Source of the DNA: Dimorphilus gyrociliatus
Lineage: Eukaryota > Animalia > Annelida
DNA: 64,000 nucleotides
Assembly: GCA_904063045.1 (NCBI GenBank)
Contig: CAJFCJ010000006.1
Span: 5,224,408 to 5,288,407 of the forward strand
Direction: 5' to 3'
A program made the translations under genes and the position numbers. This document shows, piece by piece, positions 51,601 to 63,911 of the stretch; position 1 is the first letter of the stretch; every line of letters starts with the position of its first letter. The notes below the pieces were generated by a model, which saw nothing but the letters and a program-made list of their open reading frames with translations, did not search any database and was not told where the DNA came from.

Positions 51601-52821
51601 ATATGTTCCATTTGACTGACTAGGAATCATTTCTAATACTTCCTTAAGAAAATCTGCATTATCGTTGATAAACGTATTAAAAGTAACTATCTCCTTATCC
51701 AAGCATTCGAAGCATCTCTCATAAAGTAGACTCAATGCAGAATCTACATCTTCATCACGGGAATTATTATATTTGTATACGTTAGTTATTAAATTATTGT
51801 AAATGAAAAACGAGTTTTTTTCAAAACTCTTTCCATTTTTTTCCCAAATGTGAAACATTAATATGGCTAAAAGAGGAACTTTGCACAAATTCCTTATCTT
51901 CCTTTTCTGCTCACTTAACTGTTTAATGAAAGATGGCGTACAAACTGGAATTCTAAAATATTTACCAATTAATTTTCTTAGTTGTTCGTCGTCAATTCCA
52001 GCCAATTCAAAGACTTCATTAAAAATATTTTTATGTCTTATTTCAACTGCTTTCCATTTGCGCAACCAAACTGCAGTTTGTACTGGACACTCTGAACATT
52101 CAATAATATCTTTAATAGAACTATGAAGCTTACTATACTCGTTGGCTTCGTCAATGAAAAGTAGTAATTCTGGATTCCTATAATTAAATAACTCTATTAA
52201 AAGCTCTTTTGACATGTATGTAATATTTCTAAAGTTTTGATCCAAAATTGCATCATAAATATCATGATTACTTTTAACATCTTTTAAATTAACAGTAACA
52301 ATAAGTCGATTTTCAAAACCATTCAATCTATCATTCATCCATTGATGAACAAGATATTGTTTCTGAATGCTTTTTCCCATTCCTGAGTCTCCTTGAATAA
52401 GTACTCTATTATTATTATTATTAACGAATACTTTGTGAAAATTTGTATAACTTATATCAGTAGATATTAAGTTTTCTCCGGATATGTTACAAGTTTCAAC
52501 CTTATATATCTCAATTGGAATGACAATGTCAGATATATTGCGTTGTGGAATATTTGTATACGAGAGCGGCGAGAAGGATACAGCATCCTTCTTTCTTTCT
52601 TTTTTCGTATCTTCAACTAATTTTCTCCATGAATTTTCTACATAACACCGTTCCACTGATTGGAGATCCGTTTTTTTTAACTGAATGAGAATTTTAAAAA
52701 AAGATTCAAGGTTGCTATTTGATAATTTGTCTTCCAATCTACGAAATATAAGATCAGGTCTGTGTTCCTTATCTATCAGATCATCAAAGTCCGGCACTGA
52801 GAATATTTCATATTGTCTCAT
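45667..52821 (-). CDS. NLR-type protein: death-fold/CARD-like N-terminus, NACHT NTPase and very long RI-type LRR array (single 7.15-kb ORF)
   Basis: Walker A GDSGMGKS (52392-52369), Walker B LLLFIDEANE, LCKVPLLA (GxP-like), winged-helix FHHPSFQTFFAA, then about 1500 aa of alternating 28/29-aa LxxLxLSxN / LxxLNxSxC repeats. Confidence 0.92.
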   Translation of the reverse strand: MRQYEIFSVPDFDDLIDKEHRPDLIFRRLEDKLSNSNLESFFKILIQLKKTDLQSVERCYVENSWRKLVEDTKKERKKDAVSFSPLSYTNIPQRNISDIVIPIEIYKVETCNISGENLISTDISYTNFHKVFVNNNNNRVLIQGDSGMGKSIQKQYLVHQWMNDRLNGFENRLIVTVNLKDVKSNHDIYDAILDQNFRNITYMSKELLIELFNYRNPELLLFIDEANEYSKLHSSIKDIIECSECPVQTAVWLRKWKAVEIRHKNIFNEVFELAGIDDEQLRKLIGKYFRIPVCTPSFIKQLSEQKRKIRNLCKVPLLAILMFHIWEKNGKSFEKNSFFIYNNLITNVYKYNNSRDEDVDSALSLLYERCFECLDKEIVTFNTFINDNADFLKEVLEMIPSQSNGTYIIRFHHPSFQTFFAAKHAIRHIRNCRNSRNQKAFAEKFLRDFTSSKIKYYILELIKDYDRHMYTDIFKVPSKFQCIFEFNERIHEIMSETKELSFPIAQNPKGFGNDHDMFSSILLENIGDTITKVNFLNTDMTLLHKLKENCPTLENINYTVQCPLQCVYDGDSFLSTIFSLKSSTNLKTIKWSDRLFKIDFNSRHSVQKRWKCIEEVHVYQEENPRIICIKLTDGSSYIKSVRDRCRSFFKFDSFFKFIEKYKSIEYLVLENKLFGREQEIAFFHFIKSGQFNLQVCCIRNSLIEELNEDFIKNVCSFVSPHLPQNELENESTSYNSIDLFIDQCNHQLFLLNAIDDDISIMDYFPLSWQTITSQESRILSLLIHAVEDKKLRFKNFHLSNIVSILHLQKQIEPDMNSGIECLNLSEKSYSEISELFPKLVQCSYRSLKHLDISNCRIFQEFSELISWPLKICTYLESLNISKNPKIVDKALENLNPDSIKHLNLSHCEIEPCVIASLSKFKNLENINLSYNCLFGSYIRFSSALKPSARNLRHLNLSHCNLTNVHNGEISKLLSDCRNLESLNLSFNMLGNKSKDIMQQLLYLNNTVRYSSCSQDWSKHIKHLDFSHFNLSEEEARVLGKSLRKFPLIEVLNIGHNGDLGEGLFDIFTGLENSSGTLKEIGLSNCCLTAEHIYHLEDLLDKCAFMRKLDLSHNVRISSKFKGIFLKLRNSSDFLSHLYLSFCAMNEKDGEFLVELLRECSNIESLRLDGNTNPKFENIMVALKFSKEKLKFLDFSRCKLSINQQLELASLLEECQNLKSIHLGWNNFTQKGFRFIVEALIKLQYRLRHVHFPYCNLRESGEQFEKWLQKCYQIESLDLSDNKLMFSEQNPMLHSLLNLSHSLRILNLCDSSLSESQTELLSMALANCSRLEVINLKKNKNMGQAFEKLTTSLAKLKSTLKDVNFSSCCLSKNQACFLSTCFKDCKFLERVDLSYNRNMNSEVDQIILSLGNSSQSLKYLNFALCNFTPTSSSALGQLLQKTVFLETLILRGNKFCSDVFGAIDKTREKSSGSIRSIDLSYCDLGVNEAIHIAEYLNHALKLDSIDLSGNKYIDRGFALFFLAITKTDNILRSLNFSSCSLTEEKMEKLNSSTKLIDINLKDNPHMGNNIATLMKSLILVNSQLNIKRINLSYCNLTRANLKDIGVHLEKFTLEAFSLEGNKIWNNPLNLGLKNSSSKLKFLNISFCNLTIEQAQELSGELKEFLCLESVNFSGNSKMGVGLNEIIKSFEKSCNTLKDINFSSCNLREDQAECLANCIKKCSNLNSLNLSLNTKMKQGFKSIALAMRNSGKSVEHLNFSSCNLSRDQAASLKEFLDICTNLKTINLTENPNMQDSLEELLLILSKTLVYLNLSFCKLSLNQIKSLESYLSQSPTIEVLLLRGSLNSLNINYLIRGLDYIVRTLKIIDISLNSIKSQQQQPLETVLGKCSNLTTIDFSCCVYTTKEILNWQEMIELSSNSLQNLALSNCFLSKSSAESLAKGLKRCCNLRSVKLNYNTDMLDGLNDIFNALKESSSTLQNLNVSNCSLSEGQIATLVVLLNTCQNLESLDVSGNPSMKDTVRLILQSIKSFNKTLKNLNLSYCRIQKIEEIHLQLSLTNCNTLESLKLKGNELESPIDLLKESNKTLQYLEIENSMQNVSKKKFVNLREIIFIRNKDTSTVSYENLHTHISFQLVINIDLSSCDLRMTQAIQLADCVKQCVNLEVLDLSNNKNMSSGFKKILLGLNHNLKKLSLSFCDLSTGKLNALCERFSTISNLESLNLEGNNNLSRIMKVFAKSLKESGIALREIDLSDCNLDDDNVDSLKILFKSSFDIEKLSLREGSFSTKRFRSICKSLENLYAHLKYLDFRSPDFNKKKEDILRSFVEKCSQLKSQHKQELIFRGCVELLCPYLEHFQIYEDSCSRKTRENRKLNLTEHDKLQNTFAK

Positions 52822-53483
52822 ATATACCAGAAAAATATGATGATAACTTCCAATAATACGTGTAATAGAATCTTTATTAACAGTTAAAACGAGTGTTTTC
52901 TTAGGGATCTTTTCTGCATTATAGGCCCGATTTAAATAAGAAAAGCGTACATAAAATATGTTAAGAGTTGACTGCCTTGTCAGTTTACGTAAAGGAATCG
53001 CGCTATATCTTTAGCTTTAGACGAGTGGCGCTATCGTTTTGTTGTAAGCTAATAGCTCAAAAAATATTTATATATAAAGTTTTCCTTTCTAGTATCAATG
53101 TACTTACAACGCACTATTTATGTAAGCCTAGAACCCATATGAAGATTAATATATTTGAAAGCGTCTATCCTTTAAAAAGTTTGCAATAGAGTATTTTATT
53201 CATACAAAAACTTCAATTCTATTTAGAGAGTATCGTTTAAAATTGAAAATTCAGTAAAAGTTTTTCATTCCGAAAAGTCATTTTTATAAATTTCGTCTTG
53301 AAAACGAAAGTTAAAACTTTCTTTAAAATATTTCTTATTGGGGTTGAAACTAAAGATATTTTATTTAAAGCTCAAATTCATAAACGATAGATAGCCTATC
53401 TTAGGATGTGAAAACGCATGTGTATTCAAAAAGAAAGAGTATAAAGAGGCACAAAAATTTATTAGAACGCAACTTGAATCAGT

Positions 53484-54281
53484 ATGAAGTCATACTACAT
53501 CTTATTAATTCTTCTTGGCCTGACGTCAGCTAAACCTACTGCAAGAATAGTTGGAGGTAAAGATGTTGACCGTCCTGGTAAGTATCCGTGGCAGGGTTCT
53601 TTACAGAGTTTCAACAACTATCATATATGTGGAGCTGTGGTTATATCCTCAAAATACGTTCTGAGTTCTGCTCTCTGTACCGTCAATCAAACTCCCGCAA
53701 CTAGAAAAATAATTCTAGGTATGCATGATGAAGATACACGACTCCTTGGAAATCCAACAGATTATCTTATTGAGAAAATAACAAACCATCCAAACTATTC
53801 TCCCGGACCACCTTATTATTGGGGAAATGATATTTCAGTTTTAACAATTCAAGGAATGATAGACTTAAATGATCCATATGTTAAAGCCATTACCATGGCT
53901 GACGAAAACTCTCCTGATTTTACATCTAACGAGAACTGTATTATGACCGGTTGGGGCAGTTTATATGGTTTTGGTCCTTATCCAAACATTCTTCAAGAAG
54001 CAAATTTTCATGTTCTAACTCGAGAGGAGTGCGAAATTTCAAGACCCGGTCAAATTTTCGATAACCACCTTTGCATTGGAAATAAAGCAACTGGCGGAAA
54101 TTCTTTCTGTACAGCAGACAATGGAGGTCCTCTGGCCTGTCCTATTTCGGCCGGCGATTGGATACTTGCTGGAATTGCTTCAATAGCTAATGCAAATTGC
54201 ACCACTCAACAGGCTTCATTGTGTGCTAGAGTGGGAAATCCTGGTATAAGATCATTTATTCGAAATATAACAAGTTTATAA
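53484..54281 (+). CDS. Secreted trypsin/chymotrypsin-fold serine protease homologue, predicted inactive (intronless)
   Basis: Signal peptide, R|IVGG activation site, CGAVVIS, NDISVL (Asp kept). TAAHC appears as SSALC and GDSGGP appears as ADNGGP. Confidence 0.9.
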   Translation: MKSYYILLILLGLTSAKPTARIVGGKDVDRPGKYPWQGSLQSFNNYHICGAVVISSKYVLSSALCTVNQTPATRKIILGMHDEDTRLLGNPTDYLIEKITNHPNYSPGPPYYWGNDISVLTIQGMIDLNDPYVKAITMADENSPDFTSNENCIMTGWGSLYGFGPYPNILQEANFHVLTREECEISRPGQIFDNHLCIGNKATGGNSFCTADNGGPLACPISAGDWILAGIASIANANCTTQQASLCARVGNPGIRSFIRNITSL

Positions 54282-55411
54282 AGTTAAATAGTTTTCGTTA
54301 TTTTATTGAATATGACAGAAAATAAACTTGATCGTAAAAACTTTTTACGCAGTCAAAGTGTTGCATCGGTGTTCAAACAATCTCATTGAACTCTGTACTT
54401 GTCAGCTTTTACACTTTAATGATATGCTAATATATGCTAGTTTCTAACCAATCAGGGCCTATCTATAAGTGACAAAACAATTAAGTTAGGCCAATCATTG
54501 TTGCAAATTGAATTACATTAATTAAGGACAAATATATTGTTTATATATCACAGCAACTCAATATTACGGACTCGAACTGTCTTCCAAAAATGAAGGCAGA
54601 AGACTACATACAGATTCACTCTTAAGGCAGAGCATCTGTCGACACAACCTCTGTAACTAAGCGCACTTTGTGAATAAACAAAATGTTCAATTTTATCTCC
54701 TGACTTTAAAGTAATCTAAACATCTAAAATCTATTTCAACAGACTCTGATTGTTTTGCCAATCAGGCGCAAAATACGTAATAAACTATTCTTAGATTAAA
54801 GGATCATTTTGCCGGATATTGTCCTCAAAATAATAGAATCGCTCTTTTTCAATTGTTTATTATGTAATGTAGAAGTTTTATATACAAAGTGAAAACATTT
54901 TTATTATCTTTGTATTTAAATAACAGAATTATATTAAAAAAAAAACTAAAATATTGGAAAGTTTAATAAGCTCTTTGTTCTAATAATAATCCATTTTTTA
55001 AAGAATTCATTAAACATATATAAAGTATATAAATTTATATATATATATAGTAAAACTATATGAAAATATAAATATCTAAAATCTTTATCAAGTTGTCAGG
55101 ATAATAATAAAGAGAGATAAAGCAAATAAATGTAATAAAAGGAAATGAATGCGAAGTTTATATAAAATATTAAATTATTTTTTAATGTAATTATTACAAA
55201 ATTAATTGAAAAGTGAGTAAATATCTTAAAACGTTGAAGGGGGAAAATAAACAAAGTAAGATAGAGAGAGAAAGGGAGGGAGGGACAAGAGAGAAATAGA
55301 TCTAGGTATCTTTTTTTTATTCGTTTCTTTATGTGAACTAAGAGAATATAATGAATTGGATGAGGGGATTTTAACATGAATAATTAGCAGTTAAAGATTC
55401 AAAGACTTTTT

Positions 55412-58004
<2,593 letters not shown>

Positions 58005-59031
58005 GTTCGGTTGAACTAAATCATGGACAATTTGCACAATAACATTCTAGACATACCCTGGTGAAGTTCGTACAGTTATCTATTAATATGTATGACTACT
58101 TCACCCTACGTAACTCAAACTTGAGTAAAGCAAGGGATATTTAGCTTGTAATCGTATACAAAGCGATTGACAGTTTTGATTAAAGTAAATCGATAAAAAA
58201 ATCATATTTTTAAACGCCCCATTAATAAGTTACTTCAAATAATTTTAATAGACAACGACAATCCCTTAGAAATAGATGCTACTTTAACGGGATTATATAA
58301 TGCTCTTTATAAAAAATAAAACTGTTATCACTATTTGATAAATAGCTTTACTATGCGATATATTGTTTCAAATAATAATTGCCACAGGGAGTGGAAACTG
58401 GTATTAAACGAAGTGTTTTACCAACTCTCAAAAATCAACACTTTAGTGATGCTAAAGTATATCAACTTTAAATTTTCTTATAATCTCTATAGACCAAACA
58501 TTAGTTGTAAGTATTTCTATGTGTAATTGTTTCTAAATAGTATTCTGTCATATTTCTATGTTTGGAAGCATCACATACTTTTGGACAAGTAAAACCTTGA
58601 CCTCCATCGGGTACTCAAAGATTGTTAGGCATATTTATATTTCAAGTATATCATCTTTCAATAAGTATTAAACTATACCATATTTAATTCATATAGAACT
58701 TTCAAATCTTATAAATTTAATAGAGTAAGATGTGATGAACCTATTTTATTTACAGTATGAACAAACGATTGTTTGTTTTCTGATTATAAAAAATTACTTT
58801 AGTTATGAAAATATTTAAAATCAAAGTTTAACTATCCACAGATAGGATATAAATAACTTTTAACATACTTTTTCTTCAGAAAATCTAACGGAATGAAATG
58901 CTGATATGGTCAGAGCCTCGTGTTATCTATAATTTAAATAAATATGCGTTCTAAAGAGCTTTGTTGTGAAAAATTTTTCTAAATAATCCTACAATTAGCT
59001 TGAAATTGGTAATTTAGCTTTTATTTTAAGT

Positions 59032-60905
59032 ATGGCTGATGCACAAAACACAAATTCAGAATTCCACTTTAATTGGATATTTATTAAAAGATTTCTGAAA
59101 ATATTGTACATGATGTTTCCAAGATTTCGAAGTATTCCTACACTTGTATTCTTTAATCTTGTTTTTGTTCTAATTGTGGAACAGTTGCTAATATTTAATG
59201 TTGGCATAATTGCTAGTGGATATTATAAAATTCTAACGGAAAAGGATAAACAAGGCTTTATAATTCATTCTATTAAATCCTTCATTTTGGTTTCTGCTAT
59301 AGCATTTATTAAAAGCATAGACACATATCTATGCTCTTTTCTTTACTCAATATGGAGGAGATTAGTTACTTTGAAATTAACTTCACTTTACTTCCGAAAT
59401 GTTACTTATTACCAGTTGACAATTATGCCTGATTCTCCAGATAATCCTGATCAGAGAATAAGCCAAGATACAGATAAAATGTGTTTGGAATTTTCAAAAA
59501 TTTTTGCTCAAATTATCGTCTGCCCCTTTACAATTGTTTACTATATATGGCAAACATGGAGCCGTACAGGTTATTATGGACCTTTAATCGTCATTGGTTT
59601 ATTTATGCTATCAACGCTGTTGAATAAGTTTCTCATGTCTCCAGTCGTAAATTATGTTTATCAAAATGAGAAATTAGAAGGGCATTATAGATTTTCACTA
59701 ATGCAAACAAGAGTTAGGGCAGAATCAATTGCATTCTACAGATCAGGGCTAAACGAGAGAGATAAAAATAGTAAAAAATTGGAAAACCTTATAGAAGTCC
59801 AAAGGAATCTGTTTTTTAGGAGAATTTTCTTAAATATATCAATCAATGGTTCCGATTATATTGGAAGTATAATATCATATCTGATCTTAGGTGTGCCGAT
59901 ATTTGCCGGATTCTATGATAATACTCCCCAGAGTGACCTTGCAGCACAGATTTCATCATCAAGTTTTGTCATAATGTATCTAATTAATCAATTTACAAAA
60001 TTGATAGACCTAGCAGAAGGCGCTTCTAATGTTGTGGGAACAGCACATCGTGTTGGAGAATTTTATGAATATTTATCGAAAATGGATACGAAACCTAGTC
60101 AAATGAGTACTAATCAACATGAAAATAGCGTAGTCGAGTTTCATGAAGCTACTCTTGCCATTCCCGACTCTAATCGAATTTTAATTAAAGTAATTCTATA
60201 GTTTTTATCTCCTTTTTTACAATTTAACGTGTAATTTATACTTCAACTGTTGATTAATAAACAATCAACAACAATCGTTTCCTAAAACTTAAAGAATTAC
60301 TTTAAAAGAATTTATCAATGAAATTTCCAATTAATTCTAATATTCTAATTACTGGTGACAGTGGTAAGGGTAAGACGTCATTATTAAGATGCGTAGCCGG
60401 ATTATGGAATCTTAGGTACGGTTTTTTAAGATGTAAATATGACTGTGGACACAGAGGAATGCTCTTCCTACCTCAAAAACCTTTCTTTACTGAAGGATCA
60501 TTAAGAGATCAGATTATTTATCCTATTGCTAGGAAATTAAGCCAAATTGACAAAGATATTTTATATTATTTGGAAAAGTTAGATTTAAATAATTTACTGG
60601 AAAAATGTAACGGATTAGATAGTAATATGCAACAAAGCGACTGGTACGACATTCTATCTCCAGGAGAAGGCCAAAGACTGAGCTTTGTTAGGTTGTTTTT
60701 TCATAAACCTCCAATAGCTCTCTTAGACGAAGCTACCTCACAAATCGGGGAAGAAGCTGAACGGGTAATCTATAAACTATGTAGAGAAAAAGAAATAAAT
60801 TTCATCAGCGTAGGACATAGAAAATCATTATACGAATTTCACGATATTAGATTTCACATCGAAAAGAATGGAGAAATTATCAGAAAAGAACTTTTTGATG
60901 TCTAA
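59032..60905 (+). CDS. ABCD4: ABC half-transporter ABCD4 (2 exons)
   Basis: TMD with DNPDQRISQD and the EAA-like RAESIAFY; intron about 60190-60308; NBD with Walker A GDSGKGKTS, LPQKPF, signature LSPGEGQRL, Walker B LLDEATS and SVGHR. Confidence 0.93.
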
Positions 60906-61187
60906 ATGATAAAATCTTTCTAACATATAATCTTGTTGAAGGAAAACTTTATTAAGCTTATTAGCTTTAAGTGATTAACATTGTCTGACTTACAAAGAGA
61001 AAATATAATACACATATTTTTGAATTGCCTTTTTACTAACTTTATCTTGTATTTTATTTATGGTTGTCTTATCTATCTTATCTACAAGTCACATAGCTAT
61101 GAAGGAAAGAGTCGAATGAAAAAAAATTCAAAATTTATTCAAGATTTTACTTTAATACATAAACATATAATAGCATAATAAACGTCT

Positions 61188-63384
61188 TCACACAGTTACA
61201 ATATTCTTCAAAGCTCGATTGATCTAAAATTGAAAATTACAATAAAATTAGTCAGAGAAAAGTTTTGTTATAAATACTATTACCTCGTCAAATTTATGTA
61301 TCTGTCTGATGAAAAAGTTTCCATAACGCCTATCTACTTTAGTATCTGCTATGTGAATCATTCCTTCATGAATATAAAAATCGATCTCGGATGCAGTTTG
61401 AAATTCTCCTTCAAGACTGTTAGTTCCTTTGACCCAAACCAAATTCTTCATTTTGTGCTTAAAGCACATGAGTTGCATTTTCAATTCATGATCTTCAATT
61501 TTCATGAAATTCGCAAGCTTGGACAATGGTAGAGTTGTATATAATTTTAAGTAGCTGCGAATGGTTGGTAACATTTGTTGTTGACGAATTTCATCAATAA
61601 ATACACTTAATTGCTGTTGATAGGGTTCCTTATGATAGTTCAGATTCATGTCCTCATAATTGACAGGAATGACCGGTGACAAGAATTTCGGACACGCAAA
61701 AGCAAAACAGGACTCGTATTCAGATTGATCTCTGTAATGAAAAATCAGAATTATTAAGCTTGCTTTTATGTATTTTTATGACAAAATATTATACCCATTT
61801 TGCATCTTCAACATTTTTTCTCCATACTTTTCTTTTAATTGCGAATGAACACTTTCGTCAATTCTCATAGGATGAAGAGTTAAACAGACAGCGAGTAAAG
61901 TCGACATTTGTTCAGATTGTTTAGTTATCTATAAAATGAAAGGAACAACATTGAAAATATTCTCATAAAATTTTCGAATAAGCTTACATTATCATACAAC
62001 ATTTGCCGATTTTGAAAGATTTGCTTCGTTCTTTGTATGTAAAGCAGAATATTTGATAGAGTCCTAATAGCATCTTGATATCGTCTCATCATCATATATG
62101 CGAAAGCCATATAATAGAAAGTAGTAATTTGACAGGAAGGAACCTTGATAAAAGTTCCTTGTGGTTTGCTATTGAAGTCTATATTTTCCAAAACTTTCAA
62201 AGCTTGGTAATAATCACCTAGCAAAGAGTGCAATCTTAACAATCCAATTAACGAAAAATATCCTAACATCTTGTATAGAGTATGTCTACCAAATTCTCCA
62301 GCGACGACGTCTAAATCAGCACATATCTCTGGTTTAGACATTACTTCCAATTGTTGATTAATATTGGATTTATCAACAAGAGAATGCAATACGTTAAGAA
62401 CACTGTGTACGTTCCAAACTTTTTGATTCTGAAGTAGTTTCTCAGTTTCATCTGCTGTCTTACTCTTGGCTTTACATCTATATTGACTAAAAGATTGAAA
62501 TTGATAAATAAATTCATCAATAATATCCCAAAGCCATTGGTTTGGCAACTCTAATGACACAGGTTCGTCAGCCCCTAACATCAGGTTAAATAAGTCACAG
62601 TAATTGTAGTACGATTCAATTCTCTGTTCAAGAGTAGGTCCAGGCTGCAACAATATGTTTAGAGTTAGTTATGATGTACAATTAGTCTTTAGTTTAATAA
62701 TTAATTAGTTATGTTAAACTTACCGTAACCTTAGCATAAATATGTCTAAAGTATAACTCCTTGTACAAAATGTCAAAGATTTCTGTAATGAATTATTTGT
62801 ATCAATATTAAGTATACAGTTAAAGGTAGGTAAATAAGTACCGTTGTCAACGATATTAGATAAATCTCTGACATCAGGCCAAGGTGTTGATTGGTAAAAA
62901 CGTTCAGTAAATTCACTAAAGCCATCGATGTAAGCTGATTGAATTTTCAAAACATCTTGTTCCTTGATTACTTTTTGGAAATATAACAAGAAGTTCTGAA
63001 CAGGAGCGGGAACAGAATGCACCGGACGATACTCTGGTTCGGGTCGTCCCATTTCATTAACTTCATAGTCAAGATTAGGATAGGTTGGATAAGTGTAGGC
63101 ATCATACTGAAGGAAATAAAAAATATTATTTTTTGTCTATACAAATGGCAGACTGTAAGGAAATAGAATTAATATTAATTCTGGCTCTACTGTTACTATA
63201 TAGAGTATATAGCCAATAACTCTTGTGATATTAAAATCGTACGCTATTATCTTTAATATCGAACTAATTTTAAGCCATATTTTAGTGAAAAAATAATAAG
63301 TTATAATGTCTGATCACGCCGTCCGGTACGTACATGGTGCAAACCACTTTCCACGAATTCTTCTTCTCTCCAACCAGTTGCCAT
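61188..63384 (-). CDS. EIF3L: Eukaryotic translation initiation factor 3 subunit L (multi-exon)
   Basis: [71 protein letters not shown] and [24 protein letters not shown]. First exon 63384-63334 ([10 protein letters not shown]...). Confidence 0.96.
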
Positions 63385-63487
63385 TTTTAATATGGTATCA
63401 GTGATCGAGGCAAGGTTAATAAATCGATTATAATATAGTTTTTATGAAAAATGTGGAGGAAAAACTCCGAAACGTGTTTCACTTAGA

Positions 63488-63500
63488 GGAAGTGACGTCA
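63488..63500 (+). promoter_or_regulatory. Overlapping ETS-CRE motif in the EIF3L/NDUFA6 bidirectional promoter
   Basis: GGAAGTGACGTCA contains the ETS core GGAAGT overlapping a perfect CRE palindrome TGACGTCA, in the 152-bp gap between the two divergent ATGs. Confidence 0.6.
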
Positions 63501-63536
63501 GTGCAAGGCAAAATATTCAGATTTGTTTTTTTCAAA

Positions 63537-63911
63537 ATGGCGTCAAAAATAATAGGTCAAGGTGCTCGTCAAGTAAAACCGATTTTATCATCGGATTTAA
63601 ACGAAGCTCGCCGAAGAGTATTGAACCTGTACAAAGCTTGGCATCGACAAGTACCGGAAATTTTACACAAGTATGATGTTCCTCTAACACAAGAGCAATG
63701 TCGAAGAAAATTACGAGAAAGATTTGAAGAGCAGAAGAACGTTAGGGACATTAGAGTAATCGACATACTAGTTACCAAAGGCCAATTGGAGTTAGTGGAA
63801 ACGGTAAATATGTGGAAAACAAGATCGCATGTTATGAGGTTTTGGAAAGAGACTGAGATTAAAAAGCCTAAGGACTTTCTGTCCAAGTTTTATGTTGGTC
63901 ATACGGAATAA
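63537..63911 (+). CDS. NDUFA6: NADH:ubiquinone oxidoreductase subunit NDUFA6 (LYR family; intronless)
   Basis: [29 protein letters not shown]...[13 protein letters not shown]...HVMRFW...PKDFLSKFY. The true ATG is at 63537 (caaaATGG); the ORF track's upstream extension is not needed. Confidence 0.96.
   Translation: MASKIIGQGARQVKPILSSDLNEARRRVLNLYKAWHRQVPEILHKYDVPLTQEQCRRKLRERFEEQKNVRDIRVIDILVTKGQLELVETVNMWKTRSHVMRFWKETEIKKPKDFLSKFYVGHTE

Noticed and set aside
58023-58064. Short + strand ORF MDNLHNNILDIPW*, faintly like an F-box start
   Set aside because: It lies only 18 bp from the MKLN1 ATG on the other strand, and I could not build a consistent downstream exon chain.
58500-58632. Minus-strand frame MPNNL-TGA-VPDGGQGFTCPKVC, a possible selenoprotein
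   Set aside because: No recognisable selenoprotein motif or SECIS element; in-frame TGA is expected by chance in AT-rich DNA.
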